Shown here in pieces: positions 1 through 8,647 of a stretch of DNA of 24,000 bases. The notes beneath the pieces were generated by a model. The model made no database searches. It worked only from the letters and a program-made list of their open reading frames with translations, and was not told where the DNA came from. Made by a program: the position numbers and the translations under genes. Each line of letters opens with the position of its first letter. Position 1 is the stretch's first letter. Origin of the DNA: Ligilactobacillus hayakitensis DSM 18933 = JCM 14209 (lineage in GTDB: Bacteria > Bacillota > Bacilli > Lactobacillales > Lactobacillaceae); contig NZ_BAML01000005.1 in assembly GCF_000615845.1 (NCBI RefSeq), positions 52,180 to 76,179 of the forward strand, in the 5' to 3' direction.

Positions 1-896
1 ATGGCTTAAACCTTTTAATTCAAGCAGGTGATAGGATCGGCATTACTGGTATCAATGGAGCTGGGAAGTCTTCGTTTCTAAATACGATTGCTGGTATTAG
101 AAAATTAGATAGTGGCACAATTACAATTGGTGAAACCGTAAAATTAGGATATTATCGTCAACAAACAGAAGATATTCCTGGAGACAAAAGAATCATTAAT
201 TATCTTAATGAAGTTGCCGAAGAAATTGTTAATACAGATGGTGAAAGAATAAGTACAACCAGCCTGCTAGAACAATTTTTATTTCCTCGCTTTATGCATG
301 GAACGTTGATTAGAAAACTTTCAGGGGGAGAAAAAAGACGGTTATACTTATTAAAATTACTAATGGAACAGCCAAATGTCTTGTTATTAGATGAGCCAAC
401 AAATGACCTTGATATTGGAACTTTAACAGTATTAGAAGATTATTTAGATAATTTTGCGGGAACAGTAATTACTGTCTCACACGATCGTTACTTCTTGGAT
501 AAAGTAGCTGACAATTTATTAATCTTCCAAGGAAACGGAAAAATTGATCGATATACAGGGATGTTTACAGAATATTTGAAACATGAAGCTGATAATAATA
601 ATTTAGTGAACAAAGCTAAGAAACATACGGATGCTGAAACTGTAAAAGAATCAGAAAAAGGCAACAAAAAAGAAAAAGTTAAATTAACATATGCCGAAAG
701 ACTAGAATATGAAAAATTAGAGGCAGAAATTGAGGATATGGAAGCTAAAAAATCTAAATTTCAAGCTGAAATGTTAGAAGTAGATGGATCAGATTATGGT
801 AAATTAGGTGAATTACAACAAAAAATTGATGAATTAGATATGTTGGTGTTAGAAAAAATGGAACGTTGGGAAGAATTAGGTAAATATGTTGAGTAA
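1..896 (+). CDS. ABC-F family ATPase (Uup/YfmR-like), C-terminal portion; 5' end lies outside the window
   Basis: Frame 3 is open from nt 3. Translation gives GLNLLIQAGDRIGITGINGAGKSSFLNTIAG (Walker A, about nt 51-74), LSGGEKRR (ABC signature), LLLDEPTNDLD (Walker B) and SHDR (H-loop), followed by a Lys/Glu-rich coiled-coil tail as in Uup-type ABC-F proteins. There is no membrane domain. The ORF track reports only the part after an internal Met at 294. Confidence 0.85.
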   Translation, partial: GLNLLIQAGDRIGITGINGAGKSSFLNTIAGIRKLDSGTITIGETVKLGYYRQQTEDIPGDKRIINYLNEVAEEIVNTDGERISTTSLLEQFLFPRFMHGTLIRKLSGGEKRRLYLLKLLMEQPNVLLLDEPTNDLDIGTLTVLEDYLDNFAGTVITVSHDRYFLDKVADNLLIFQGNGKIDRYTGMFTEYLKHEADNNNLVNKAKKHTDAETVKESEKGNKKEKVKLTYAERLEYEKLEAEIEDMEAKKSKFQAEMLEVDGSDYGKLGELQQKIDELDMLVLEKMERWEELGKYVE

Positions 897-1419
897 AGAG
901 ATATCTTTTGTTTGGGCAGAAGATTTACAAGGCAATATCGGTTATAAGGGTAAATTACCTTGGAGGTTACCTAATGATTTAAAATTTTTTAAAGAGGTAA
1001 CTAGTTATAAACCAATTGTTATGGGAAGAAAGACTTTTGAAAGTTTTCCCAACCTTCTACCTAATCGATTACATGTTGTTTTAACCAGAAATCAACAACT
1101 TAAAACTTTGTATCGGGATAATCCGCAGGTCATAGTTTATAATTCGGTAGAAGACATAAAAAAATGGATGAATAAGTTACAAGTCCCAGAGGTTTGTATA
1201 ATTGGTGGCGCTGAAATTTTTGATATATTTGTGGATAGTGTCACGAAGTTATATCGGACTCAAGTTAACCATGTATTTAATGGGGATACTAAAATGATAC
1301 CTATTGATTATGATATGTTTAACTTAGTTCTGCAAATTAATGGAAAAACAGATAAAAAAAATATTTACCCACATACATTTCAAATCTTTAAGAAAAAAGA
1401 AGTTAATTATACTCATTAA
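886..1419 (+). CDS. folA: Dihydrofolate reductase
   Basis: The 177-aa product has DHFR hallmarks: ISFVWAEDLQGNIGYKGKLPWRLPNDLKFFKEVT (catalytic Asp in the LPxDL context), PIVMGRKTFESF, and IIGGAEIF (the GG motif). The ATG at 886 overlaps the ABC-F stop (894-896) by 11 nt. Confidence 0.9.
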   Translation: MLSKEISFVWAEDLQGNIGYKGKLPWRLPNDLKFFKEVTSYKPIVMGRKTFESFPNLLPNRLHVVLTRNQQLKTLYRDNPQVIVYNSVEDIKKWMNKLQVPEVCIIGGAEIFDIFVDSVTKLYRTQVNHVFNGDTKMIPIDYDMFNLVLQINGKTDKKNIYPHTFQIFKKKEVNYTH

Positions 1420-1449
1420 CAATAGAGGTATAATTAACTTCTTTTAATT

Positions 1450-2070
1450 TTATAGAAATAGGTATGCTATACTCCAAAATATGATAAATAGAAGGGTTGC
1501 ACAAGTTTCTAGAATAATTAATGAATTTCTAAGCTTCAATACGTGAGAAATGATGAACAGCACTAAAGCAATAAGAAATAAAATAGTGCTTATAAGATTA
1601 AGGTGTAGAATTTCAAGGCAAAGAATGCAAAGAAGAGATTGGATTACGGAACAGAACGCAGTTAATTTATGAATAAGACTATTTTTACTTAAAGTACTTA
1701 CTAAGATAATATTTGAACATGCAAATAAGATAATTAAAGAAAAGCATATCCAGCTAATCAATGCTTTATTAAAAGCAAGGATTATACTAATAAAGTTCAG
1801 ACCAAAAAAGACATTACCAAAACATTCAGTAATAATTAATAAAATTTTCGCTGCACCTGTTTTATTGAGAGATAATGTCAAAGTTTTTAAAATTAGATAA
1901 ATTAGTCCTATACCGAGCAATATACTATTAAAAACAACTAAAATAACGTTACCAAGTGAAATTGATTTTATTAAAACTAGTATTTCTAATACAAGATATG
2001 TAATTAATGCAACCCCTGTTAAAATTGCAGAACTGATAATTATCCTTAGTGAAAGCTTATCTACAAACAT
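1450..2070 (-). CDS. Hypothetical polytopic membrane protein (about 6-7 TM segments, 7 Cys); no family recognised
   Basis: The 206-aa ORF is almost entirely hydrophobic Leu/Ile/Phe-rich segments. GGAG lies 7 nt upstream of the ATG (rc of 2071-2085: ggagaaaatcaATG), and a TATAAT lies further upstream in the divergent spacer (2091-2098). It is convergent with folA with only a 30-nt gap. Confidence 0.6.
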   Translation of the reverse strand: MFVDKLSLRIIISSAILTGVALITYLVLEILVLIKSISLGNVILVVFNSILLGIGLIYLILKTLTLSLNKTGAAKILLIITECFGNVFFGLNFISIILAFNKALISWICFSLIILFACSNIILVSTLSKNSLIHKLTAFCSVIQSLLCILCLEILHLNLISTILFLIALVLFIISHVLKLRNSLIILETCATLLFIIFWSIAYLFL

Positions 2071-2152
2071 TGATTTTCTCCAAACATAAAATTATAATAT
2101 TTCTAATAGTCATTTTATCATATTACTTAAAGTAACGATGGAGGAAATAAAA

Positions 2153-3010
2153 ATGGTAAAAAAATTATTATTTTTAATCAGCCTTATAACATTAAATGTA
2201 ATAATAATCCCTACTAAAGTACAAGCTGATCAACATAGTATTACTTTGGTTGCAATTGGAGATTCATTAACGTATGGAGTCGGCGATAATAATAAAAATG
2301 GCGGATACGTTGGTGATATAAAAAAAGAAATGAAGCAAAAGCAAAAAGTGAATGTTAGAACCATAAATTATGGGGTTCCAGGGGAAAGAAGCGACCAAAT
2401 ATTAAAAAGAATTGAAACTAAACAAAATATTCGAAATACCATAAAAAAAGCAGATGCGATTACTATTACAGCCGGAGGAAATGATATTATGCAAGTCATG
2501 AAAGGAAATCCAGCAGCGATGAAAAATGATAAAATGCAACCTGTAATTTCAAAAAATGAACAAATATTTCAAAATAATATCTTGAAAATATTTACTGAAA
2601 TTCATAAAATCAACCCTGATGTACCCGTATATATGTTTAGTATATACAATCCTTTTTACGTTTATTTTCCAAATTTGAAGAAGATGCAAGTATATACTGA
2701 TCAATGGAATAATCTAAGTAAACAAACAATCAATCAACAAGAAAAAGTGTATTTTATTGATGTAAACAAAAAATTATCTGAAGGACAATATTATCACCAC
2801 GAAAAAAAGAATATATTAAATGAATCAAAGACTGATTTGGATAGTATTGAGAATAAAAAACTAAAAAATATAGTCGAATCGAATAGTAGCGATGCAAAAA
2901 ATCAATTTTTATCGTCAGATGATAACTTTCATCCAAATAATAAAGGATATGAGTATATGTCAAATAAATTATATGAAAGAATGAAGGATACTAAGAATGA
3001 ATGGAAATAA
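2153..3010 (+). CDS. Secreted SGNH/GDSL-family hydrolase (YpmR-like lipase/acylhydrolase)
   Basis: SGNH blocks are present: LVAIGDSLTYGVGD (block I, GDS), TAGGND (block III) and DNFHPNNKGY (block V, DxxH). An N-terminal signal-like segment reads MVKKLLFLISLITLNVIIIPTKVQA. I prefer the ATG at 2153, with GGAGG at 2140-2144 (8-nt spacer), over the track start at 2138. Confidence 0.85.
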   Translation: MVKKLLFLISLITLNVIIIPTKVQADQHSITLVAIGDSLTYGVGDNNKNGGYVGDIKKEMKQKQKVNVRTINYGVPGERSDQILKRIETKQNIRNTIKKADAITITAGGNDIMQVMKGNPAAMKNDKMQPVISKNEQIFQNNILKIFTEIHKINPDVPVYMFSIYNPFYVYFPNLKKMQVYTDQWNNLSKQTINQQEKVYFIDVNKKLSEGQYYHHEKKNILNESKTDLDSIENKKLKNIVESNSSDAKNQFLSSDDNFHPNNKGYEYMSNKLYERMKDTKNEWK

Positions 3011-3593
3011 GATAAATTATTGGAAATGGGCATTTATTGGCCTTTTAGGGATGTTGTTTTTTGGGGGATGCTATGTCGGAAGTAAGGCACTGACTCCACC
3101 AAAACAAGTTGCTGAAGTAAAAAAAATTGCCACTCCAAATCCATCAAAGTATTCCAAAGTAAATGTTTCAATGGATAAAAATCAAATGAATGCAACTATA
3201 AATTATTATCTAAGAAAAAAAATATCCGACAAGAGCATGAAATATCGCTTTTTAGTAACTGATAAGGTTATTTTAATGGGGACAACAAAGATATTAGGAC
3301 AAAATGTTTCATTCACTTTGGTAAATACACCTAAAATAACAAGTGATGGGAATATTGAATTAAATGTAGATACAGTTTCAATAGGGACGCTAAAGGTTCC
3401 TAAAAAGTATATTTTAAGTTATATTAAGAAAAATTATGATCTAGGAGAATTTGCTAACATAAATCCAAATAAAAAGAAAATTAAATTAATTTTAAACAGT
3501 TTTTCAAATAAGCAAGGTATCATTATAAAAGCACATAAGTTAGATTTGCGAAATGATGATTTAGAAGTAAATGTTTATGTACCATTAAAGTAG
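2997..3593 (+). CDS. YpmS-like (DUF2140) single-pass membrane protein
   Basis: The N-terminus NYWKWAFIGLLGMLFFGG followed by one TM segment resembles the B. subtilis YpmS family. It sits immediately downstream of, and overlaps by 14 nt, the YpmR-like SGNH gene, the conserved ypmR-ypmS arrangement in Bacilli. AAGGA lies 8 nt upstream of the ATG. Confidence 0.7.
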   Translation: MNGNKINYWKWAFIGLLGMLFFGGCYVGSKALTPPKQVAEVKKIATPNPSKYSKVNVSMDKNQMNATINYYLRKKISDKSMKYRFLVTDKVILMGTTKILGQNVSFTLVNTPKITSDGNIELNVDTVSIGTLKVPKKYILSYIKKNYDLGEFANINPNKKKIKLILNSFSNKQGIIIKAHKLDLRNDDLEVNVYVPLK

Positions 3594-3604
3594 GAGGAAT
3601 ATAA

Positions 3605-3829
3605 ATGAGCAGAATGAGTTTTTATCAATATTTAATGACAGAACGAAATCCTAACAGTCACGATGAAATCGCTAAATTTGCTAACGATGCATTTTACGAT
3701 CAAGCGTTTCCCAAAAATTCAGATGACTATGATGAAATAAGTAGATATCTTGAATTGAACGCTGGTTATTTACATTCAATGACGATTTTTGATAACTCTT
3801 GGGCGAATTATCAAGAAAAATTATCATAA
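3605..3829 (+). CDS. yozE: YozE-family protein (UPF0346, SAM-like fold)
   Basis: The 74-aa product is MSFYQYLMTERNPNSHDEIAKFANDAFYDQAFPKNSDDYDEISRYLELNAGYLHSMTIFDNSW, which matches the conserved YozE pattern (SFY.FLMT.R ... FAN.AF.D..FPK ... YLE.N). A strong AGGAGG lies upstream. Confidence 0.85.
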   Translation: MSRMSFYQYLMTERNPNSHDEIAKFANDAFYDQAFPKNSDDYDEISRYLELNAGYLHSMTIFDNSWANYQEKLS

Positions 3830-3845
3830 GTGAATAAGGAAAAAT

Positions 3846-3893
3846 AAAAATGGCTTTAATTATAGAATTTTCTATAAATTAAAGCCATTTTTA
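3846..3893. terminator. Bidirectional rho-independent terminator between yozE and pepN
   Basis: Long near-perfect hairpin: aaaaatggctttaattatagaa / ttctataaattaaagccattttt (about 22 bp with one bulge). It is flanked by an A-run on the left and a T-run on the right, so it can terminate both convergent genes. Confidence 0.85.
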
Positions 3894-3918
3894 TTTTAAA
3901 ATAGTTATTTATTTTTAC

Positions 3919-6447
3919 CTATACGAGTTCTTTAGAAATTGCATTATTAACTGAATCTTTTTGTTGTTCAATTAAGTTAACACGACTTTCAATCAAATTA
4001 ATATCCATTGTGATTTCACGTGTTAATCCAGGAGTATTAATTTTTGGTTCAAAGAATTCAACGAACTCATCAAATTTTTCACGAGTATCCAAGACTTGGG
4101 CCGTTTTTGTAATAAATGTAGTAAATTCCATATCACCACCAACAGTATCTTCTAACCATGACCAATCATTTCTAATCCAATCCCATGCTAAGTTTTGTCC
4201 TGCAGGATTTGATAGAACCCCAACATACCAAGCACGTAAATCTTGTGGCTTAATAATTGCGGAATTTTCAAATTCGGCAACAATTTTTTGGAGTTGTTTT
4301 AAGTTTGGTGTGCTTGTAAGTGCAAATGCGATGTCTTGTTTTAAACTTGCATCTGAAGATGATTTATATGAGTCTAGTAAAGCATCGAATAAAAGGTCTG
4401 AATTAAAGTTCTTTAATTCATTGCTAAGAACATAGCGACGAATAGACGCAGGAAGTGTTTGTAACTTCGTAGCGTGCTTAATAAATACATCATGAGTAGA
4501 TGCAATGCTGTCTTTATTTTCTGCATAAAGTGAAGCTGATAAAACGTAAGGACGAGATAATTGATTGTCGTTACTTTCATTATCTTTTGGAACTACTCCA
4601 ATATTTTTAATATGTTCTTTACTTAATTTATCAACAAAACTTTGGAGTGCTTTTTTCTCATTACTTTCAGGACTAACGAAAAGTTTAAGTTGGTTAACAA
4701 TTGAATATACAGAATCAAGAACAATTGCAGATGAACTTGTAGCAAATTTTGAAAGTAGTGGAACCAATTTAGAAAATGAAATTAATTGACTTTTGGCCAT
4801 TAATTCTAAATCTTTTAATAATTGAAGTTGAGTAATACTATCAATACTTTCGGAATTATCAAGGATATCTTCTAATAATTCAGTATCATAGTTGACAATC
4901 ATGTGAGTTGTATTATTAACGTTTAATCTAAATGGAGTAGAGTTTTGTTTACGTAATTCAGAATAATTAGGAATTTTAATACTATGTTCCGTCATTAATT
5001 CAGGCACATTTACATAATTTGGATGTAAAGGAATTTGCCAGATGCGTTGTTGATCTTTACCTTTACCAACAAAGAATTGTTTTTGTGAAAGAACAAGATT
5101 ATCATTTTCTAATGCCACATCAATGATAGGATAACCCGGTTGTTCAAGCCATGAATTCATAATAGAACCGATATCCATATTTGATGCTTCGCCAAGTGCA
5201 TCCCATAAATCCTTACCCATTGCATTACGGAATTTGAACTTATCGAAATATGATTTCAATCCGCGACGTAATGCGTCGTCACCAATTAGAGCTCTAACCA
5301 TAACTAATAGACGGGAACCTTTAGCGTATACGATAGCACCATCAAAAACAGAATCAATTTCAGCTGGATCTTCAACTTGAACGTGGACTGATTGAACGCC
5401 ATCTGTAGCATCACGATTAAGTGACATAGGAACTTCTGAAGTTTGGAATGATTCCCAAATTTTCCATTCAGGTTTAATAGCATCGATAGCGACATATTCC
5501 ATCATGTTAGCGAAACTTTCATTTAACCATAAGTCATCCCACCATTGCATAGTGACAAGATCGCCAAACCATTGGTGAGCTAACTCGTGTGCAATTACGG
5601 TAGCAACAGCTTGCTTAGTTGAAAGTGAAGCATTTTCTTGATCTACTAAAAGGTAAGCTTCACGATATGTTACTAGTCCCCAGTTTTCCATTGCGCCGGC
5701 AGAAAAATCTGGAAGGGCAAGTTGCCATGAATGTGGTAATGGGTATGGGGTTTGGTAATAATCTTCGAAGAATTCAATTGATTTTTGAGCAATTTCTAAT
5801 CCGAAGTCTAACTCAGATTCCTTGTGTGCATATGTACCGAAAACGCCGATTTTTACACCACTATTTGTTTCAGTATATTTAGCTTGTAATTCACCAAATG
5901 CAAAGGCAACAAGGTAAGTTGACATTTTAACTGTTGTATCAAAATAGTGGATACCATTTTCAGTTTTAGTTTCCGGCATATTTGATAAAACAGTTTCACC
6001 TTCATGTTCATCAAATTTGATAGCAATATCAAAAGTAGCTTTAGCAGCGGGTTCGTCAATGCTAGGAAATGCTTGACGAGCTGCAGTTGTTTCGAATTGA
6101 GTCCCAATTAATTGTTTCTTTTCACCATTGACTTCGTAGTAAGAAGGATAAATCCCCATCATTGTATCCGTTAATGGAGCAGTATACTGAACTTCAATAT
6201 TAAGATTATCTGCTTCGGGAACAGCAAAAGAAAAAGCTTCTAATTTAGGATGTTGATTGAAAGAAGTTTCTTGCCCGTTGACCAAGACTTGATTAATTTC
6301 TAAGTATTTTTGATGAAGATATACTTCTGAATTTTGAGCAGTACCAGTAATTTTAGTTGTACCTGTAATTAATTTTTTTGATCTATCAATATCAAAAAAT
6401 AAGTTATAGTTTTCAGGAATGAAACTATCTAATAATCTTTTAGACAT
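3919..6447 (-). CDS. pepN: Aminopeptidase N (M1 family zinc metallopeptidase)
   Basis: About 842 aa, with the GAMENWG exopeptidase motif and the HELAHQWFGDLVT...WLNESFA zinc-binding motif (HExxH-18-E). The track start at 6453 is a TTG; the ATG at 6447 (MSKRLLDSF) is the more likely start. Confidence 0.95.
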   Translation of the reverse strand: MSKRLLDSFIPENYNLFFDIDRSKKLITGTTKITGTAQNSEVYLHQKYLEINQVLVNGQETSFNQHPKLEAFSFAVPEADNLNIEVQYTAPLTDTMMGIYPSYYEVNGEKKQLIGTQFETTAARQAFPSIDEPAAKATFDIAIKFDEHEGETVLSNMPETKTENGIHYFDTTVKMSTYLVAFAFGELQAKYTETNSGVKIGVFGTYAHKESELDFGLEIAQKSIEFFEDYYQTPYPLPHSWQLALPDFSAGAMENWGLVTYREAYLLVDQENASLSTKQAVATVIAHELAHQWFGDLVTMQWWDDLWLNESFANMMEYVAIDAIKPEWKIWESFQTSEVPMSLNRDATDGVQSVHVQVEDPAEIDSVFDGAIVYAKGSRLLVMVRALIGDDALRRGLKSYFDKFKFRNAMGKDLWDALGEASNMDIGSIMNSWLEQPGYPIIDVALENDNLVLSQKQFFVGKGKDQQRIWQIPLHPNYVNVPELMTEHSIKIPNYSELRKQNSTPFRLNVNNTTHMIVNYDTELLEDILDNSESIDSITQLQLLKDLELMAKSQLISFSKLVPLLSKFATSSSAIVLDSVYSIVNQLKLFVSPESNEKKALQSFVDKLSKEHIKNIGVVPKDNESNDNQLSRPYVLSASLYAENKDSIASTHDVFIKHATKLQTLPASIRRYVLSNELKNFNSDLLFDALLDSYKSSSDASLKQDIAFALTSTPNLKQLQKIVAEFENSAIIKPQDLRAWYVGVLSNPAGQNLAWDWIRNDWSWLEDTVGGDMEFTTFITKTAQVLDTREKFDEFVEFFEPKINTPGLTREITMDINLIESRVNLIEQQKDSVNNAISKELV

Positions 6448-6587
6448 AATCAATCACTCACTTTCTTAAAATTAAAGATAATTATACGCTATCTTTGCTT
6501 GTTTGAATAGATTATAATAAGGTAAAACCATAAAGTATTCAAAATAATTAGGGGTATTTTATGATAATTGAAAAATTAATTTAAATC

Positions 6588-7685
6588 ATGGGGGAGATTA
6601 TTTTGGAAAAACAACGTGAAATTGATATGCTCAAAGAATTTTCAAATGCAAACGCTATTTCGGGGTTCGAGCATGAATTTGTAAAATTATTCGCTGATAA
6701 AATTAATCCATATGCTAATGTAGAATCAGATGGTATGTTAAATTTGTATGCGTATAGAAATGAAAATACTGGGAATAAACCAGTTGTACAATTAGATGCT
6801 CATTCAGATGCAGTTGGTTTTATGACACAGGCAGTTCGACCTAATGGGCAAATAAAATTTGTCCCAGTTGGTGGATGGGTTAAATATAATATTCCAGGAA
6901 CAAAAGTAAAAATTAAAAATAAAGAGGGCGAATTCATCCCAGGTGTTGTTGCGACAAAGCCACCACATTTTATGTCTGAAAGCGAAAAAAATAGTGTACC
7001 CGAAATTTCAGAGATGTCAATTGATGTTGGAGCATCTACGAGACAAGAAACGCTAGAGGTTTACAAAATTGATACCGGATGTCCAATATTTGTAGATGTT
7101 GAATGCATGTTTAATGAAAAGACGGGAATATTTTTTGGGAAAGATTTTGATGATCGTTTTGGTGCTGCTGTGATGGTTACCGTTTTAGAAGAATTACAAG
7201 GGGTTGACTCTAAAATGGATATAGTTGCAGCTTTATCATCACAAGAAGAAGTTGGATTGCGTGGAGCATATGTAACAGCTCGAAAGATTAAACCAGATGT
7301 ATCGATTGTGTTAGAATCTTGTCCAGCTGATGATACTTTTACTCCAGACTGGTTATCACAAACAGGATTAAATCGAGGCCCAATGTTACGTGATATGGAT
7401 ACTACTTTTATTCCTAATCCGAAGTTTCAGCAATATGTTTGCGATTTGGCAGATAAAAAAGGTATTCCTTATACACGTTCAGTGAGAACTGGCGGCGGAC
7501 AAGATGGGGCTGCCATCTATTATGAAAATGGGGCTCCGACAATCGTGATTGGAATTCCAGTGCGCTATGAACATTCACCATATTGTTTTGCCACATACCA
7601 CGACTACCGAGCAGCCGTAGAATTAACTAAAGCGATTCTAACTGATTTAGATATTGAAAAATTAAAAAGTTTTAAAAGTTTTTAA
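6588..7685 (+). CDS. M42 family metallopeptidase (glutamyl aminopeptidase PepA / CelM / YsdC-like)
   Basis: M42 metal-ligand context is present: LDAHSDAVGFM, FDDRFGAAV, SSQEEVGLRGA and a C-terminal RYEHSP. The length (365 aa) is typical. The start is uncertain: the ATG at 6588 has a poor SD, while the TTG at 6603 follows GGGGAG. Confidence 0.85.
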   Translation: MGEIILEKQREIDMLKEFSNANAISGFEHEFVKLFADKINPYANVESDGMLNLYAYRNENTGNKPVVQLDAHSDAVGFMTQAVRPNGQIKFVPVGGWVKYNIPGTKVKIKNKEGEFIPGVVATKPPHFMSESEKNSVPEISEMSIDVGASTRQETLEVYKIDTGCPIFVDVECMFNEKTGIFFGKDFDDRFGAAVMVTVLEELQGVDSKMDIVAALSSQEEVGLRGAYVTARKIKPDVSIVLESCPADDTFTPDWLSQTGLNRGPMLRDMDTTFIPNPKFQQYVCDLADKKGIPYTRSVRTGGGQDGAAIYYENGAPTIVIGIPVRYEHSPYCFATYHDYRAAVELTKAILTDLDIEKLKSFKSF

Positions 7686-7698
7686 TTGTAATTCATTA

Positions 7699-7707
7699 TG
7701 TTAAGAT
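7699..7707 (+). promoter_or_regulatory. Candidate extended -10 promoter (TGtTAAGAT) for the riboswitch-ribU transcript
   Basis: The sequence tgttaagat lies 15-20 nt upstream of the first riboswitch helix. This call is by pattern match only. Confidence 0.3.
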
Positions 7708-7721
7708 AGAAATGAATCGAA

Positions 7722-7842
7722 TAAGTTATCTTCAGAGGCAAGGTGAAAATCCTGACCGGCGGTAAAGTCCGTGAGCTATTTTAATAGTTGAACTGGTTAA
7801 ATCCCAGTACCGACAGTTAAAGTCTGGATGAAAGAAGAGTGG
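7722..7842 (+). promoter_or_regulatory. FMN riboswitch (RFN element) aptamer
   Basis: It matches the conserved RFN core: cttcagaggcaaggtgaaaatcctgaccggcggtaaagtccgtgagc ... ggttaaatcccagtaccgacagttaaagtctggatgaaagaag. Compare the consensus CTTCGGGGCAGGGTGAAATTCCCGACCGGCGGTA-AGTCCGCGA ... AATTCCGGNACCGACAGTNAAGTCTGGATGGGAGAAG. It sits directly upstream of a small ECF-S-type membrane protein. Confidence 0.9.
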
Positions 7843-7874
7843 GTTATATACGACTATTAACTTGAAAATGTAAT

Positions 7875-7912
7875 AAAAGGTCTCTGTTTTTTACATAGGG
7901 GCCTTTTATTGT
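7875..7912 (+). terminator. Riboswitch expression-platform terminator (attenuator)
   Basis: The hairpin aaaaggtctctg / taggggcctttt (12 pairs including G-U wobbles) is followed by a T-rich tract (ttttattgttg). It lies between the aptamer and the ribU SD. Confidence 0.65.
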
Positions 7913-7963
7913 TGTATTGTGACTTATTTTCCGATGAAGAAACTTCAATTAGGAGGTTTTTTT

Positions 7964-8527
7964 ATGATTCACACTAAGAAACTCACGATAGTTTCAATTT
8001 TGGCAGCAATCTCATTATTACTGATGAGAATTTCAATTCCGATAATTCCAATCGTGCCATATTTGAGATTAGATTTTTCGGATATTCCTATTTTAGTAGG
8101 CTTTTTTATATTTGGGATAAGTGGTGGAGTTCAAATTGCTGTGGTAAGATCTGTGCTTTACTTCGTCTTAAATGGTATTTCCATCGGTAGCTTGATTGGA
8201 GTTACTTCAAACTTACTAGCAACATTTTCAATTAGTTTACCACTGTACTATATTTTAAAAAATCAAAGAGGTTTTGTAAGATATATAATTGCAATTCTTA
8301 TCGCAACGTTAAGTTTGACGGTTGTCTTGTCAGTGGCAAATTGGAGTTTTATTACGCCATTATATATACAATTAATGGGATTAAAATTAAGTTTACCCCT
8401 TAATGAAGTGGTAATATATGGGATTGTTCCGTTTAATTTAATTAAAGGATTTTGTGTATCATTCGTATTCATCTTGATTTTAATTCATTTAGGAGCTTGG
8501 TTAAAAAAGAAAGGTTCTGAATTCTAA
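7964..8527 (+). CDS. ribU: Riboflavin transporter, ECF-type S component (RibU)
   Basis: The 187-aa, 5-6 TM protein (MIHTKKLTIVSILAAISLLLMRISIPIIP...) lies immediately downstream of the FMN riboswitch. The ATG at 7964 is preceded by TAGGAGG with a 7-nt spacer. The track start at 7919 is a GTG that lies right at the end of the attenuator T-tract, so it is unlikely. Confidence 0.85.
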   Translation: MIHTKKLTIVSILAAISLLLMRISIPIIPIVPYLRLDFSDIPILVGFFIFGISGGVQIAVVRSVLYFVLNGISIGSLIGVTSNLLATFSISLPLYYILKNQRGFVRYIIAILIATLSLTVVLSVANWSFITPLYIQLMGLKLSLPLNEVVIYGIVPFNLIKGFCVSFVFILILIHLGAWLKKKGSEF

Positions 8528-8594
8528 ATATATTAAAAATATATATTTGTAATATCCAGAAAAGAAAATTTTAGCTAATTATTTATACAAAAAT

Positions 8595-8640
8595 AAAACC
8601 TTGATAATTCATTTCTTTACATTGAATTATCAAGGTTTTT
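8595..8640. terminator. Bidirectional rho-independent terminator between ribU and mntH
   Basis: The perfect 17-bp hairpin aaaaccttgataattca / tgaattatcaaggtttt is flanked by A-rich sequence on the left and T-rich sequence on the right. Confidence 0.85.
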
Positions 8641-8647
8641 AATTTAT

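Noticed and set aside
4010-6107. Five ORFs of 63-141 aa inside or antisense to pepN (4010..4435, 4565..4789, 5304..5495, 5619..5882, 5853..6107).
   Set aside because: They are all fully embedded in the well-supported pepN frame. They have no SD sequences and their composition is low-complexity or biased (Ser/Phe/Leu/Lys-rich), as expected for off-frame translation of an AT-rich gene.
7686-7717. The hairpin attcatt-N13-aatgaat after the M42 peptidase gene, considered as its terminator.
   Set aside because: The stem is only 7 A/T-rich base pairs, the loop is large, and no T-tract follows. The same sequence overlaps the candidate riboswitch promoter, so I do not call it.
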